A DNA stretch of 64,000 nucleotides from positions 493,026-557,025 of the forward strand of contig OZ025689.1 in NCBI GenBank assembly GCA_964019335.1, in the 5' to 3' direction. Numbering within the stretch: position 1 is the first letter of the stretch; each line of letters opens with the position of its first letter. This document shows, piece after piece, positions 42,475-54,239 of the stretch. The position numbers were made by a program, and so were the translations under genes. A model generated the notes under the pieces. That model saw only the letters and a list, made by a program, of their open reading frames with translations. It was not told the origin of the DNA and searched no databases. The DNA comes from Diplonema japonicum (lineage: Eukaryota > Protista > Euglenozoa: Diplonemea).

Positions 42475-43307
42475 TCACCATTCAGTGACTTCGTGGCCTT
42501 TTGCCTCAGCTTTAATTTTGCATTCGTCACATATGGGAGCACCGTCGTCGTCTTCATCCACCCACTTAATAGGAAGACCTTTTTTTTTTTTTTTTTTTTT
42601 AAATTTTCCAATCACCCATACCTGAATCACATGACTCGCACGGGTCGATATCATCTGCCGCCTCTTTTGCGAGCATGTTCGCCCTCTCCAGTCTTGGTTT
42701 CAGATGTTTCTCAAAGAGCTCTTCCCTCATTTTTTCCAGCTCCTCGTCACTTCCCAAATCGGATGAAAAGTCCGTCGTGTCCGCAATGTCGAGGATGGCA
42801 ATTTGATCGCTCTTGTCAATCCCGATTTTGTTGTTCAAAGCGAGGATGTGGATGATCTCCCCACAGCTGTCTGTGTCCATGATTCTGTCTTTCAGGTGCA
42901 CCAACACCGCCATCCCGAATGACACCAGGTACTCGAAACCTCGCTTCAGAAGGTTGCGCAGGAACCGGTACACCAGCTCCACGTTCAAACAGTGCAGACC
43001 GAGCCCGCAGAACCACTTGCGGGTGTACATCTCGGGAAGGAGGTTTCTGTCGGAGTCCATGAAGTACTTGTTGAACTCAGGGTGGTGTCTTTCCACAATT
43101 TCCTAAAAAAAAAAGAGGAAAAAAAAAATAGAGAGAGATATTTATAAATACATACCTGGAAAACGTATGCGTTGGCACCGAACCCATCGGACTCATGCTT
43201 CCAATGGCCGGGGATGATCTTCGTGTTGATGACACGCAGGATTGCGATGACGTCATCCTCCGTCATCGTCAGCAAGAGGAACGCCGCCACGTGGGCCATG
43301 CCCTGTG

Positions 43308-43351
<44 letters not shown>

Positions 43352-44063
43352 CCCATACCTGAGAGTAGTTTCCGAACTCGATCATGCACCCGTTGAGCAA
43401 CTTCTCGAGCCGTTGTCTGTGGTCTTCACCTGCGAAGGTTCGGATGCAGTCCTGCACGATGACCCTCTCCAGCTCCCCGTCTCTGTTTTCAATCTCGACA
43501 AGCGAAGCAGGAGACCTGTCAGCATCGGTACCCAGCAGGGAAATGAAATCCTTTGTCTTTTCAAACGGTTCCTCCCCGGCACTGCCAAGGTACCCTCTGT
43601 CCTCGTTTAAAAGCGCGGCTTTCGTGAACTCCCTTTCACCGAAGTCGCATTCGCGGAGAAGTGGCTTGCTTTCGAGCTTGATGCCCGCCTCCTTCATCGA
43701 CTTCTCAACCTTCCACTTGTTGTCGGCTAGAAGATCCCAGCATTTTTGTTCTTCGCATTCTGCGTTGTTCCTTTTCGCTAAGGCGAGGATTTCGTGCACT
43801 CGTGTGTATGCTTGGTGGCAGATCTCATTGAGTTTTGTTACGCCCACCTTTTGCCTCTTCTCCTTTGCCTTTGTCTCCCACCCTTCTCCGTTCGGGTCTT
43901 CGCTCCACGCTGTGATGGGCAGCTGATCGAAATTCTGCACAAAGGAGACACAGGCAGTAGTATGATCCCCTCCCAGCTTGCTCACCTTCCCCCTGTACTC
44001 CTCATTCAGCTGTGTTAGCTCCTTGTACTGCTCTTCGGTCACAGGCAGGGCAAGAGGTGCCAT
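42475..44063 (-). CDS. TBC-domain Rab GTPase-activating protein with B-box-like C-terminus; introns 43303-43358, 43103-43155, 42579-42621
   Basis: IVQDCIRTF (Arg finger). Splicing creates NYSQGMAHVAAFLL (Gln finger) and KWFCGL. The last exon gives CESC..ICDEC..GHEV. Confidence 0.88.
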
Positions 44064-44628
44064 TTCTTTTTTTTTTTTTAATGTCCTTTTTATTTTATTT
44101 TTTTTGTATAGACGCGTGGAAACAACAACAAAAAAAAAAAAAAAAAAAAGAATTCGGTGAGAAGGGAAAGAAGAAAAAGAAGAAAAGGAAGAAAAGCCAT
44201 TGAAGGAAGAAGGGAGGGGAGGAGGAAGGTGGAGAAGGGGAACCCAATATGATGATGAAGAACGAAAATAAGCCACCATTAATCTTTTCCTTTCTTTGTT
44301 TTCTTTTTTTTTTTTTTCCCTTCTTCCTTCCTTCTTCCGCTTCATTCACACCCCCCCCCCCTCTCCTCTCCACTCCTTCTTTGTTTTTTTTTTTTTTACT
44401 AATTTTTTCTTTTTCGTATTGGGTTTGAATCAATAATTTTTTTTTAACCGCCAGAATTTAAAAAAAAAAAAAAAGAGCTGCAGCTGCGCGTGACAAATAA
44501 AATTTCGGAGCCAGTGCTCCTTTCCCCCTTTCTCTATTGAATCATTATGAAACAAAAAAAGGGGGGGGGGGAGAGGGGAAAGGATTAAAGTTGTTAGGGA
44601 GAGACGCTTTTTCTTTTTTTTTTTTTTC

Positions 44629-46641
44629 TTACCTCCGGTAGTTGAGTTTGTTCTTCTTGCTCCACATGGCGATGGTGGCGAGAAACAGGTAGAACACCGA
44701 CAAACCAGCGAGAACCTGAATGTTGACCCATTTTCTGTCCGGTTTGAAGTCTTGCAGCTCGAGGTACTTGTCCCCGGTGTAACAGTCTGTTTCGGTTTCA
44801 ACACAACCAAAATCCTTGCCTTCCAACTCCCCGACGAGCAGGGACTCATAAGAAAGCCGCAGTATAGACATGTACTGAATGATTGAGAAGAATTCAGGGA
44901 GAGAGCCGACGTTAATGAACAATCCGCCGAAAGCGACGAAAATAACAAAGATACCGATCATGACAGTCTGCGCAAAATGCGTGTTTGGCGAGATGGTCCC
45001 GACAAGGAGAGCAAGCATGGAAAAAGGTAATTGTGTCATAGCCATGCACACGCACAGCGTACCGAAGGTAGCAGAATCGTTGGAATCAATCCCATTTTTC
45101 GCGGCGTGGACAAAATCGAACCCCATTAGGAAGTACGTTAAGAAGCCAAACAACAATGTGAGGGATCCTCGAATCAGCAAGATGTCGATCAAGCACAGTG
45201 TAGCAATGTACTCCATCGTGGAGTAGTACCCAGCTGAGACCTCATGATTGAGCAACGGCCGTCTTGCTACGAAATCAGCAGCGGTGTTGAGGTTTCCAAG
45301 CATCAAAGCTGACAGGATGAAGAACAACATTCCAACTCTGTTTTGCATTCCATACTGTTTGTTGTCTTGGTCCGTGTACGAATCAGAGTACACCAACCCT
45401 GCGATCAGCCCCAACAGGAACACCAGCCCGACTTTAGCTAACGACGGCCTCCATTCGTTTTTAATACCGATTAGTTTGAAGTACAAAAGATGTTTCAGTC
45501 TGGTGGCGGATGACGGAGCGGCGCTATCGCTGATCCCCGGGGTTACATTGGAAAACGCTTCTTGGTAATATTCAAGGATATCGCTTTGAAGCTGTGAATA
45601 ATGAGTTGATTTCTTGTATTCAGCGACTAAATCGCTTCCGTTTTGGCAACAGAGGTCCAGGAAATAGTCGGACGGGCAGTCGTACTCGTTTACCTCGAGA
45701 CCGATTTCTTGAAAATAAGGAAGAACTTCATCGGTCCGACCGGAAAAAGCAAGCCCGCCCTCGTCGAGCAAGATTACGGAGTCGAGAAGCTCGTAGACTG
45801 GCCGGCGTGGTTGCGAGAGTGTCATGACCACCGTCATTCCTCTTTCGTATGCTAAGGCTTTGAGCAACCTCATAACCCGCATACCTGATGTCAAGTCAAG
45901 TGAGTACGTCGGGACTTCTAAGAAGAGAACCTTCGGGAGGTGTAGAACTTCAGCCGCGATCGCAACTCGTTTTCGAACTTCTTCTGTTGTATTGTACAAT
46001 AGCATGTCACCGACTTCTTCTAAACCGATGATTTTCGCTGCTAGCCTCCACCCTTCAAGAAGACACCCGCAGTATTTACAAACTTTATAAGATGTTGTTT
46101 CCTTGTCGCATGTCGGACATGAAATTTTCTCTGCTTGTTCGTATTTGTCGTCGTCTTCGCTGTATGTTGGTGTGGAGCTGCGTTTTGGTTGCCGGGTTTT
46201 CATTCTGTAAGCGAATAAAAGATTTTGTTTGACGGTGAGGGCGAGGCGGTCTGCTTTGTATTTTGACACGTAGCCGACACATTTTTGGTAAAGAGAGGCT
46301 TCTATGGGGAGTCCGTTCGCGTATATTCTGCCTTCTGATTGAATGTAGCCGCCTACTGACTTCATTAGTTCTTCTGTTCCTGATTTTTCCGGTCCCAAGA
46401 GGCCGGTAACTTCGCCTTCCCGGAGCATGCCTGAGACATCTACGAGGATGTCCACCGTCTTCTTCCTCAAGCAGAGCTCCTCGAATGCGATCGTTACGCC
46501 GTAGCAGTCTTCCTCTTCGTGTTCGGTGTCCTCTTCAAATTCTTCCTGTTCTTCCTGTTCTTCCTCTTCTTGTTTTTTGTTCTTTGGTTCTGCCGTGTTG
46601 GCACCGTCGCTTGAGTTTGCCCACACATCGGGTCCTGACAT
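44629..46641 (-). CDS. ABCG (White-family) half transporter with degenerate ATPase motifs
   Basis: ILVDVSG..GEVTGLLGP, RKRVAIA, TVVMTLSQPR, CPSDYFLD, MQNRVGMLFF, EVSAGYY, six-TM ABC2 domain. Confidence 0.88.
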   Translation of the reverse strand: MSGPDVWANSSDGANTAEPKNKKQEEEEQEEQEEFEEDTEHEEEDCYGVTIAFEELCLRKKTVDILVDVSGMLREGEVTGLLGPEKSGTEELMKSVGGYIQSEGRIYANGLPIEASLYQKCVGYVSKYKADRLALTVKQNLLFAYRMKTRQPKRSSTPTYSEDDDKYEQAEKISCPTCDKETTSYKVCKYCGCLLEGWRLAAKIIGLEEVGDMLLYNTTEEVRKRVAIAAEVLHLPKVLFLEVPTYSLDLTSGMRVMRLLKALAYERGMTVVMTLSQPRRPVYELLDSVILLDEGGLAFSGRTDEVLPYFQEIGLEVNEYDCPSDYFLDLCCQNGSDLVAEYKKSTHYSQLQSDILEYYQEAFSNVTPGISDSAAPSSATRLKHLLYFKLIGIKNEWRPSLAKVGLVFLLGLIAGLVYSDSYTDQDNKQYGMQNRVGMLFFILSALMLGNLNTAADFVARRPLLNHEVSAGYYSTMEYIATLCLIDILLIRGSLTLLFGFLTYFLMGFDFVHAAKNGIDSNDSATFGTLCVCMAMTQLPFSMLALLVGTISPNTHFAQTVMIGIFVIFVAFGGLFINVGSLPEFFSIIQYMSILRLSYESLLVGELEGKDFGCVETETDCYTGDKYLELQDFKPDRKWVNIQVLAGLSVFYLFLATIAMWSKKNKLNYRR

Positions 46642-46770
46642 TATTTTTTTTATTTTTATTTTTTTTGGGGAGGGTTTCTTTTTTTTTTTTTTTTTTTAAA
46701 TTGAGAACAGTGTGGTATATGAAAAAATTAAAAAAATAAACAAGGGAAAAAAGAAAGAAAGAAAAAAAAA

Positions 46771-46957
46771 GAGACATTTAAGGGTACCTGATGATGGTGT
46801 GTGGCACGGACGCCCGATACGATTTGCTTACTTGTTCCAGCATAAAAAAAGATTTGTTTTTTTTTTTTTTTTTTTCTTTTTTGGGAGACTTGACGCGGGG
46901 GAGGTTTCCCCCCCCCCTTTTTCCCCCCCTTTTGTAGCCTCAAAAATTTTTAAAAAA
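46771..46957 (-). repeat. SINE-like or decayed LINE 3' segment
   Basis: Ends in a variant of the LINE terminal motif (similar to 52491-52527). Internal parts recur at 42132-42230 and, inverted, at 28071-28096. Confidence 0.6.
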
Positions 46958-47298
46958 ATGGGGCTTTGATTGCAACACTAGGTGGCGTTAAGCGTGCAAT
47001 GAAGCACGAACTACCTACTTGATTACAGGGAACACTCCTCAGCCGAGCAGTAGCTTCTTCTGCGTTCCGCGTCGTGTCCTTAATGCGTGCTGTGCTCAAC
47101 CCTAGCCGGGGCGTCCCGGGTAACCAAGATTCTGCGCTCGTGCAGTTTGCTGCCTGTTCGTCACCCTGAGCATCTGCGTTACGTTCTTCCACTCGGGCGC
47201 TACCGGTGATGACCGACGAGGAGGTCAACAGCGAACAACACATCTGATGTACTTCTTATATTTCCATGTTATCCCCACCACCCTTTTAAAAAAGAAGA

Positions 47299-47370
47299 AG
47301 AATGACTTTGGTTGCTTCATAAACCGCCTGGCGTACGAGCAACTTCTTAACCGCGCTAGCGGATGTTGCT
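47299..47370. repeat. About 70-bp dispersed repeat (second copy at 870-941)
   Basis: agaatgactttggttgcttcataaaccgcctggc(g/t)tacga(g/a)caacttctt..ccgcg(c/a)tagcg(g/a)atgttgct at both sites. Confidence 0.85.
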
Positions 47371-47429
47371 ACCCTTCTGTGCTGAAGGATGCATGGCTGC
47401 GGGAAGGGTGGACTGCGTTCTGGTAGGTT

Positions 47430-47800
47430 GTTGTGTAAGGAAGAACTCGAGCGGAAAGCGGCTGCGAGAGGCACTTCTGGATGGGATACTGAACAAGGCA
47501 AGGGCTCTCCTTGGGGACGTGCCAATCATCGTGGCGGGTGATTTCAACACCACGGTAGCCGAGTCGCCAGTGCTGAAGGCCGCCCTCCAGAGCCACTGGG
47601 TCGACGCAGCAGCAATCCAAGCACGAAAGGAGGGGCTGGAGGCACCACCGTCGCACATAACCAGTACCGCATCAACGAGACCCGACTATATCCTTCTCAA
47701 TAGTGCCGCTGCGACCACACTAAAAGAATGTAGAACGGAGGATATTGGTGTTCCGTCACACAGAGCGGTCACAGTCACCCTGGAAATGGCGCACCAAAGC
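47430..47800 (+). mobile_element. LINE AP-endonuclease fragment
   Basis: GDVPIIVAGDFNTTVAESPVL..TRPDYILLN..DIGVPSHRAV, closely similar to ORF2 of the 18-24 kb element. Confidence 0.88.
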
Positions 47801-48039
47801 CATTCATGCCCAGGGAAATAACAGAATCCGTGGCATTACGATCGATAGGTGCACCCAAGCGATTGAAGGGGTACACCGGAAGGCCGAAATTCGCATCCAG
47901 CAGAACGTGCGAAATTCTGGTAAGACAATGCGCAGTACCGACTGCACAGAGAAAAGAGTGGTCCGACCCCTTCGTACCTGACTACAGAGCTTCGCAATAT
48001 AGGTTGAAAATGTGTAACCAGCGGGTCGCGCCTACTGCG

Positions 48040-49684
48040 ATTTGAGGTGTTGTACTCTGTCTTCTTGTCCGATCCCGAGGCCGTCGATGTGTGTCGCGAC
48101 GCATGTTGTCGGTTCTCTCGCAATCGTAGCCAGTCCACCCCTCTTCCCTATCATTTTGCTCTCGACACCGTCCAGCACCATTCCCGGTTGTGGCACTCCG
48201 AATAACATCCGTTTTTCTTTCATATCATTGTCTGACATTATCAACGCTGCGATTTCTGTCTGTCCTCCGAGCGTTAACGCGGTTTCTTGTAACAATTGGA
48301 CGTTTGACTTCATTGTCTTGTGGAGAGTGTTCTTCAGGGATGTTACGTTGACGGAAGTTATTATCGTCATGGTAGGTCCGGGGTTTTTTTCCACGCATCC
48401 CCACGCCGTCATCCGTTCGCTTCTTTCCACTGGCAGGCATATTGGCCTCCGTTTCATTCCCCCACACTTGTTTGTCGTAGCGATGTAAAACACTATCAAA
48501 TACACTGGTTATCGCTACGATTTGCTTCTTCAGGCTCAACATTTCATCTTCGGGCCCCCGCCCTTGCCCTTCCTCGAGATGTCGTTCAGTCTTTTGTTTA
48601 GACAACTTACTTCGTTTTTGATGACTTCTTTCAGCATTAGAATCATCTTGAAGCTCTCTGAGGTGGCGACGTCCCCGGCCTCGGTTTCCGACGCCTTCGT
48701 TTTCTCCTTTTCTTTCTCCTTTGCCTTCACCTTTCCTTCCCGCTTTGCTGCTTGTGCCTCCACCGCGTCTAGCCTCTTCTTAATTGGGGCAAGTTCTTCA
48801 GGATCTCCTTGAACATCGCCACGAAGTCGGTTGGAGCAGTCTTCTGTGGTTGTTGCGGTTGCCTCTCCTTCTTCGCTTTAGTGTCTCCCGTCAGCACTTC
48901 AGCATAACTCCCAGTCGTGGGCTTTCCTGTTCCTTTTATGGGAATCTTCTTCGCTCCTTCCTTCGTCTGCTTCTCTTTGCCCTCTTCTCGCGCCTTCGGT
49001 ACGAACTTCCTCAGGTATGCATTCGCTTCCTTGAATGCGTACCCATACTCTCTTGGTACCTCGTCTACGTTCGCCATTACCAGCCATCTCCCCTTGCCCG
49101 TGTTGCGAATCGTCTTCACGATCCAGTTTCTTCGTGCCAGCACAGCAAACACTTCCGTTGATCGAGTTCCTGCCTGGGACTCCTTCAAGTACCCATGTGC
49201 AAATCTTGGGTTCCGCCAATTTGTGCTCCTCCAGCCACTTCCTAGCGTCGTCCTCATCAAGTTCCCTGAACCTTATGCCCACGCGTCCTGCACGGTTGAC
49301 TGCCACCCCGAGTGGGTTCATGTCTTTCATGATGCGGGCCGTCTCCGCTGCCTTGTCGATGGAGGTCTCCGGCTTCAACCACACGATGCGGCACGTGTCA
49401 ACCTCGACCTTCCTGCGTATGGTCACGTTGGCCACCCCGCTCTTCATCAGTAGCTTGTGTATCTCGCTGGTGAGTACACAAACCGTCGCGAGGGCAGTCT
49501 CTTCTTTCTTGTTTACGAAAATCTTTGATAGGTCGTGTTTCACGTCTTTCATCCAAGCCTTGAACGCATCTTCGACCTGCTTAGCATCTTTTGCGGCGTG
49601 GTGTGTCAAATGTAAGACTTCCGTCATTGATGTATCTGCCGCGGTCGGGGTCACTGGCTCGAGCATTTCTCCCTTCGTGGTGAT
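48040..49684 (-). mobile_element. 5' part of another LINE: frameshifted ORF1, 2A-like peptide and start of APE domain
   Basis: ORF1 is split over three frames, followed by GCVEKNPGP, TSVNVTSL, LLQETAL, KRGGLA. Confidence 0.8.
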
Positions 49685-50035
49685 CTAGCACATTTTCTTC
49701 ACTCTTCCCCCGCCTTCAATATTCTTCTCGGCTGGTCGTTTCGGGCAGCGTATCAAATGGTTTTTGATGCTATTTTCGTCGAGCATCTCCCCCTTCGCTG
49801 TTACATTCCTCCCGAAGTGTCGGCATCTGCAGAGCCTCCTGCAGTCATACAGGAAGAAATTGCCAATGGAGGTGACGTTAGTGAAGCTACTACCCAGATC
49901 CAAGGTTTGTAAATCTGAGCACTTATACAGGAAGCCATCGTCAATGGAGGTGACGTTGGTGAAACTACTACCCAGATCCAAGGTTTGTAAATTTGAGCAG
50001 TCACGCAGGAAGCCATCGCCAATGGAGGTGACGTT
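49685..50035 (-). pseudogene. Orphan 3' copy of the BspA-LRR gene (about three repeats plus C-terminal cap)
   Basis: Near-identical to the 3' end of the neighbouring gene (RRLCRCRHFGRNVTAKGEMLDENSIK) but has no 5' part. Confidence 0.85.
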
Positions 50036-50226
50036 TATTTTTAGGGATATTTTCTAGGATTTTCTTTTATTTTTGTAAATTTTATGTTCTGTTTTAATGG
50101 TGTTCTGTAAATACTATGTATTTTTTTCGAAATTTTTGCCCAATTTGGGACTTTTCACATAACAATATAAGTACAAATCCGGTATTTCTCTCAATTATAC
50201 TCACCGTCATCAACCCCCTCCAAGGA

Positions 50227-51606
50227 TTAGGTTTCCCGACCCGGTAGTGGTCTTAGTACCTCCACTGTACTTGAAGTGAACGGTCCTTGTTTTCGTGGGG
50301 TGTTTTTGTCATTTTCTTCTTCTTCTTCTTCTTCTTCTTCTTCGGCTGGTCGTTTCGGGCAGCGTATCAAATGTTTTTTGATGCTATTCTCGTCGAGCAT
50401 CTCCCCCTTCGCTGTTACATTCCTCCCGAAGTGTCGGCATCTGCAGAGCCTCCTGCAGTCATACAGGAAGCCATCGTCAATGGAGGTGACGTTGGTGAAA
50501 CTACTACCCAGATCTAAGGTTTGTAAATTTGAGCAGTCACGCAGGAAGTCATCGCCAATGGAGGTGACGTTGGTGAAACTACTACCCAGATCCAAGGTTT
50601 GTAAATCTGAGCAGAGAGACAAGAAGCCCTTGCCAATGGAGGTGACGTTGGTGAAGCTACTACCCAGATCCAAGATTTGCAAACTTCGGCAGTCATACAG
50701 GAACATATCGCCAATGGAGGTGACGTTGGTGAAGCATCCACCCAGATCCAAGGTTTGCAAACTTCGGCAGTGAAACAGGAAGCTTTTGCCAATGGAGGTG
50801 ACGTTGGTGAAACTACTACCCAGATTCAAGGTTTGCAAACTTCGGCAGTCATACAGGAACATATCGCCAATGGAGGTGACGTTGGTGAAGCTACTACCCA
50901 GATCCAAGGTTTGCAAACTTCGGCAGTGAAACAGGAAGCCTTTGCCAATGGAGGTGACGTTGGTGAAACTGCTGCCCAGATCCAAGGTTTGCAAACTTCG
51001 GCAGTCATACAGGAAGCTAGTGCCAATGGAGGTGAAGTTGGTGAAGAAACTCTGATCCCCGAAGGTTATGTCAGTGAGGGACGACCCCATAAGGAAGCCG
51101 GAACCGATGGTGTTGAGCTCCAGCTTGAGATGAAGAGACCTCAGGGGGGAATCACAAAGAAAACCATCACCGATATCCCAGACACGGTTTGTGGAGTCGG
51201 TGACAAGGAGGCCCCGAAGTCTAGAAGGAAGGTCCCCCCTCTCTATGCACACCACACTGTCTGTCAAGTCCCCCACATCGACCTCAAGAACCAGATCGGG
51301 TTCATCTTTCACAAGCCTTTCAAGCTCCAGACTCACAGCAGGACACTCCTTCAGTTCCCTCAGCCCAACCATTGGTGACGGGGCCACCACCATATAAACC
51401 ACATCCTGATCCCCGAGCCCGCTCCCCTGAACCTCTCCACCCCCGAACCTGTTCAGAATCGTCTCCTCCCAAACCAGTTTGAACATCCACACCATCAAAC
51501 CAGCCTCATCCCCTGCCTTCTTGTACAGGTCTCCCACTGTCTCCGTCCCAAACACTTCCACATCGTGGGTTTCAACTTTCGTCTTTACGAACACTGTGAT
51601 GCTCAT
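50227..51606 (-). CDS. Ubiquitin-like domain plus BspA/TpLRR-type leucine-rich repeat protein
   Basis: MSITVFVKTK..ETVGDLYKK..GLGDQDVVYMV (Ubl); eight 26-aa repeats TNVTSIGxxFLxxCxxLQTLDLGSSF; acidic tail. Confidence 0.85.
   Translation of the reverse strand: MSITVFVKTKVETHDVEVFGTETVGDLYKKAGDEAGLMVWMFKLVWEETILNRFGGGEVQGSGLGDQDVVYMVVAPSPMVGLRELKECPAVSLELERLVKDEPDLVLEVDVGDLTDSVVCIERGDLPSRLRGLLVTDSTNRVWDIGDGFLCDSPLRSLHLKLELNTIGSGFLMGSSLTDITFGDQSFFTNFTSIGTSFLYDCRSLQTLDLGSSFTNVTSIGKGFLFHCRSLQTLDLGSSFTNVTSIGDMFLYDCRSLQTLNLGSSFTNVTSIGKSFLFHCRSLQTLDLGGCFTNVTSIGDMFLYDCRSLQILDLGSSFTNVTSIGKGFLSLCSDLQTLDLGSSFTNVTSIGDDFLRDCSNLQTLDLGSSFTNVTSIDDGFLYDCRRLCRCRHFGRNVTAKGEMLDENSIKKHLIRCPKRPAEEEEEEEEEENDKNTPRKQGPFTSSTVEVLRPLPGRET
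50446..51048 (-). repeat. 78-bp coding tandem repeat array
   Basis: caatggaggtgacgttggtgaa recurs every 78 nt. Confidence 0.95.
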
Positions 51607-51933
51607 CTTTGTATATTCTTTTTCCTTTCTCAAACCTTTCAAGGATGGCATGCTTTAAGGGAAATAACAATGAAAAGAAGAATAAAAAAAAAAAAAGAAG
51701 AAGAAGAAGAAAGTGCGTGTTGTGTGATTTCTTTGCACCCTTCAAAAGGGCTTGCATGAGCATCGCCTCAAAATGGGAAGTGGCGCAGCTAAGGGGACGG
51801 GGCTGAACGCACTTTACAAGGCGCCGCCGTTGAGACAGGGGAATGCTTGGACACCCGCACCCAAGCCCCGCCATCAAGTAAAATGAGGCAAAAACTGAAC
51901 TAACTTACTTCGTTGCATCTCACTCTTTTAAAA

Positions 51934-51969
<36 letters not shown>

Positions 51970-52490
51970 GCACTCAAGGGCTACAACTCCTCCTTGATGA
52001 AAGAACGGTCTAGTGTATACCGTGAAGTAATAGGGGAGTTTCCAGTGGCTAATATGGCTCAGCAGGGCAGGGATGTTCCCAGTTGGCCAGCCTTTCCCTA
52101 GGATCAGCTTCCAGTTGGCCAGTTTTTGCCTAGGTTTCAACACACCAACTGTTCCACCTTTTGAGCTCTCCCAACCCATCAAAAAAGGTTCAAAATGCTG
52201 AAATAGAAAGAGACAGGCTGCTTGTGAAGACATGCTGCACGCTACAAGAAACAAGCAGTGAGCTTTCTACATCCATAAGCGCTGTCTGCTGCAAACGAGG
52301 AGTATAGCTGGCAGCGATGCACCTACCTAACAAAGAAGGGCACATTTTACAAGAGATTGTCTGTTGGAACCCTCCAAACCCCAGGTGAATTTTCAACTTT
52401 TTTTATTCCTTTTGGGAGGTACTTAAGTGAATCACCCCTTAAATAAAAGTTAACCGAGCAAAAAAAAAAAAAAAAAAAAAAAAAAAGAGA

Positions 52491-52527
52491 GACATATAGG
52501 TACCTGCGGTATGTGGCAGGACGCCTG
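52491..52527 (-). repeat. Solo variant of the LINE 3'-terminal hairpin motif
   Basis: gacatataggtacctgcggtatgtggcaggacgcctg vs gggaacctgcagtatgtgacaggatcgcct. Confidence 0.7.
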
Positions 52528-52859
52528 AAAAAAAATAATAGGAAGGCTGCATCCCCCCCCCCCCCCCCCCCCTCTTTTTTTGGGGGTGTGTGCTGTAAGA
52601 AACACGGACATTCTCCCTTCAGAAGGGGAAGGCCGACAACCTCCTCTAATGCGCCATTATAATAACAAAAAAGAAGAACGGGGGGGGGGGGGGGGGGGGT
52701 CAAAGGGGTCGAAATTAGGCCAAAAAAAATCTTGCACATTTGTGACACAAAGGCGCAAAAAACCACCTTAACCACCCCAAGGTCGCCTAAAAACCCATTT
52801 TTGGGCCGAGTTTCGACAAAATTAGCAAGTTGGGACCCTAAAACGCCATTTTAATTTTT

Positions 52860-53095
52860 TGTGACAGAACCGGTACTTTGCTGCCCTCTACGCTGTACGC
52901 AAGAGGGCACAACTGCGCACTGACCTTTCAAGTAAGCTAAAGGATGACCTCAAAAAACTGGTTGATAATCACAAGTTGGACACCTAAGGGGGCGAGACGC
53001 ACCAGAGCGTAGGACGATTTTTACCCGCTTGCTGCTCGTTCTGATGACTCTGATAATGCACAAAATAGGATTCTGCAGGTACCGGTTCTGTCACA
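52860..53095. mobile_element. MITE-like element with perfect 17-bp inverted repeats
   Basis: tgtgacagaaccggtac (52860-52876) / gtaccggttctgtcaca (53079-53095). Confidence 0.6.
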
Positions 53096-53270
53096 CCCGC
53101 TCAAAATTGTGAATACGTCACATAGAAGTCCACAAAAACCCCTAAATAGCGGCGGAAAGTTGTTTTTTTTAGCATCTGGGTGGAATTTTCGGGTATAATT
53201 TACCCAGGGGTGCGTTTCCCGAAAAACACGAATTTCGAGCTTTTTAAGGGGCGGTGACCCCCCCCCCCCC

Positions 53271-54239
53271 TAGGGCTATGCTGGCATGGAAACGCGTTTA
53301 TTTTTTGAAAAAAAGGGAAACGGAAACGGAAACGTTTCCCTATTTTGGGGCCGTTTCCTTGGGGCAGAAACGTTTCCTTATTTTGGGGGTTTTAGAGACT
53401 TATTTTTTTGGGGGCAAATCACTCGGAAGAAATATACGAGACAAAGGGGGGCCAGTGTTGGTGGCGCCCTGGGGAAATCTTCTGGGTTTCGATGAAGGAT
53501 GCGATTGTGGCATCCATTTTTTGAACAGCGTCGTCAACCAGCCTTCCGCTCAGAGCTTTCCTGTCCGGTAGCTCGTACGTGGCCCCGAGCGGAAGGCGCT
53601 TCACCTTCTCAAACAGTGCCTTGAATGTTCCGTGAACAGAAAATATGAGAGGACACGAAACAGATAAACATCATACCGATGTTCGACCCTCAAAAATGGG
53701 GTTCCAGTTTCGAGAAAGAAATCCCGAACGCAGTTAAAAATGGCGTCATTGGCCTGTTCTCCACTTTACGCTTCTTCGTTCCCTCTGCCTCAGCCTTCGC
53801 CTCCGCTGTCGCTTTCTCCAACAGCTTCTTGTGGGGCTCCACACTATCCCCTTTGGGGACACACGTCGCTACTCCTTGGCCTTTTGTTTGGAACATGTGG
53901 GCGCGGAGTCTGCTGGTTGACGCTACTGTGAAGACCATATCACATATCACAGAAGCGACATTTTACTGTCTTTTTCCCATCCTCCGCCTGAACCTCCACC
54001 CCATCCCACAGCGCCTCCCAGAGGGTGCTTTCTCTGGACCATGTTTACTTTCGTATTTCTAGAGACCGACGTGCGCTTTCCTTGTAAAACCCCAAAAGTA
54101 AGTATCTTCAAAAACCCCAAATATATAAGGACCTTCTAAACAGTGTTTACCGAAATATACATAGCCGTTTCCATGAGAATTTTGAAAACATGGAAACGGA
54201 AACGGAAACGTTTCCACGTTTCCTGCCAGCATAGCCCTA
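53271..54239 (-). mobile_element. Internally deleted hAT-like DNA transposon with BED zinc-finger remnant
   Basis: 16-bp TIRs tagggctatgctggca / tgccagcatagcccta and subterminal ggaaac repeats. Minus strand reads W..VKCRFCD(7-nt duplication)MVFTVASTSRLRAHM..GVATC and YELPDRKALSGRLVDD. Confidence 0.8.

Noticed and set aside
46788-46830. CTGATGA as a hammerhead ribozyme core (also at 53041)
   Set aside because: No correctly placed GAAA or stem II/III pairing found.
50446-51048. Regularly spaced repeats as a CRISPR array
   Set aside because: In-frame 78-bp coding LRR units with no unique spacers and no cas genes.
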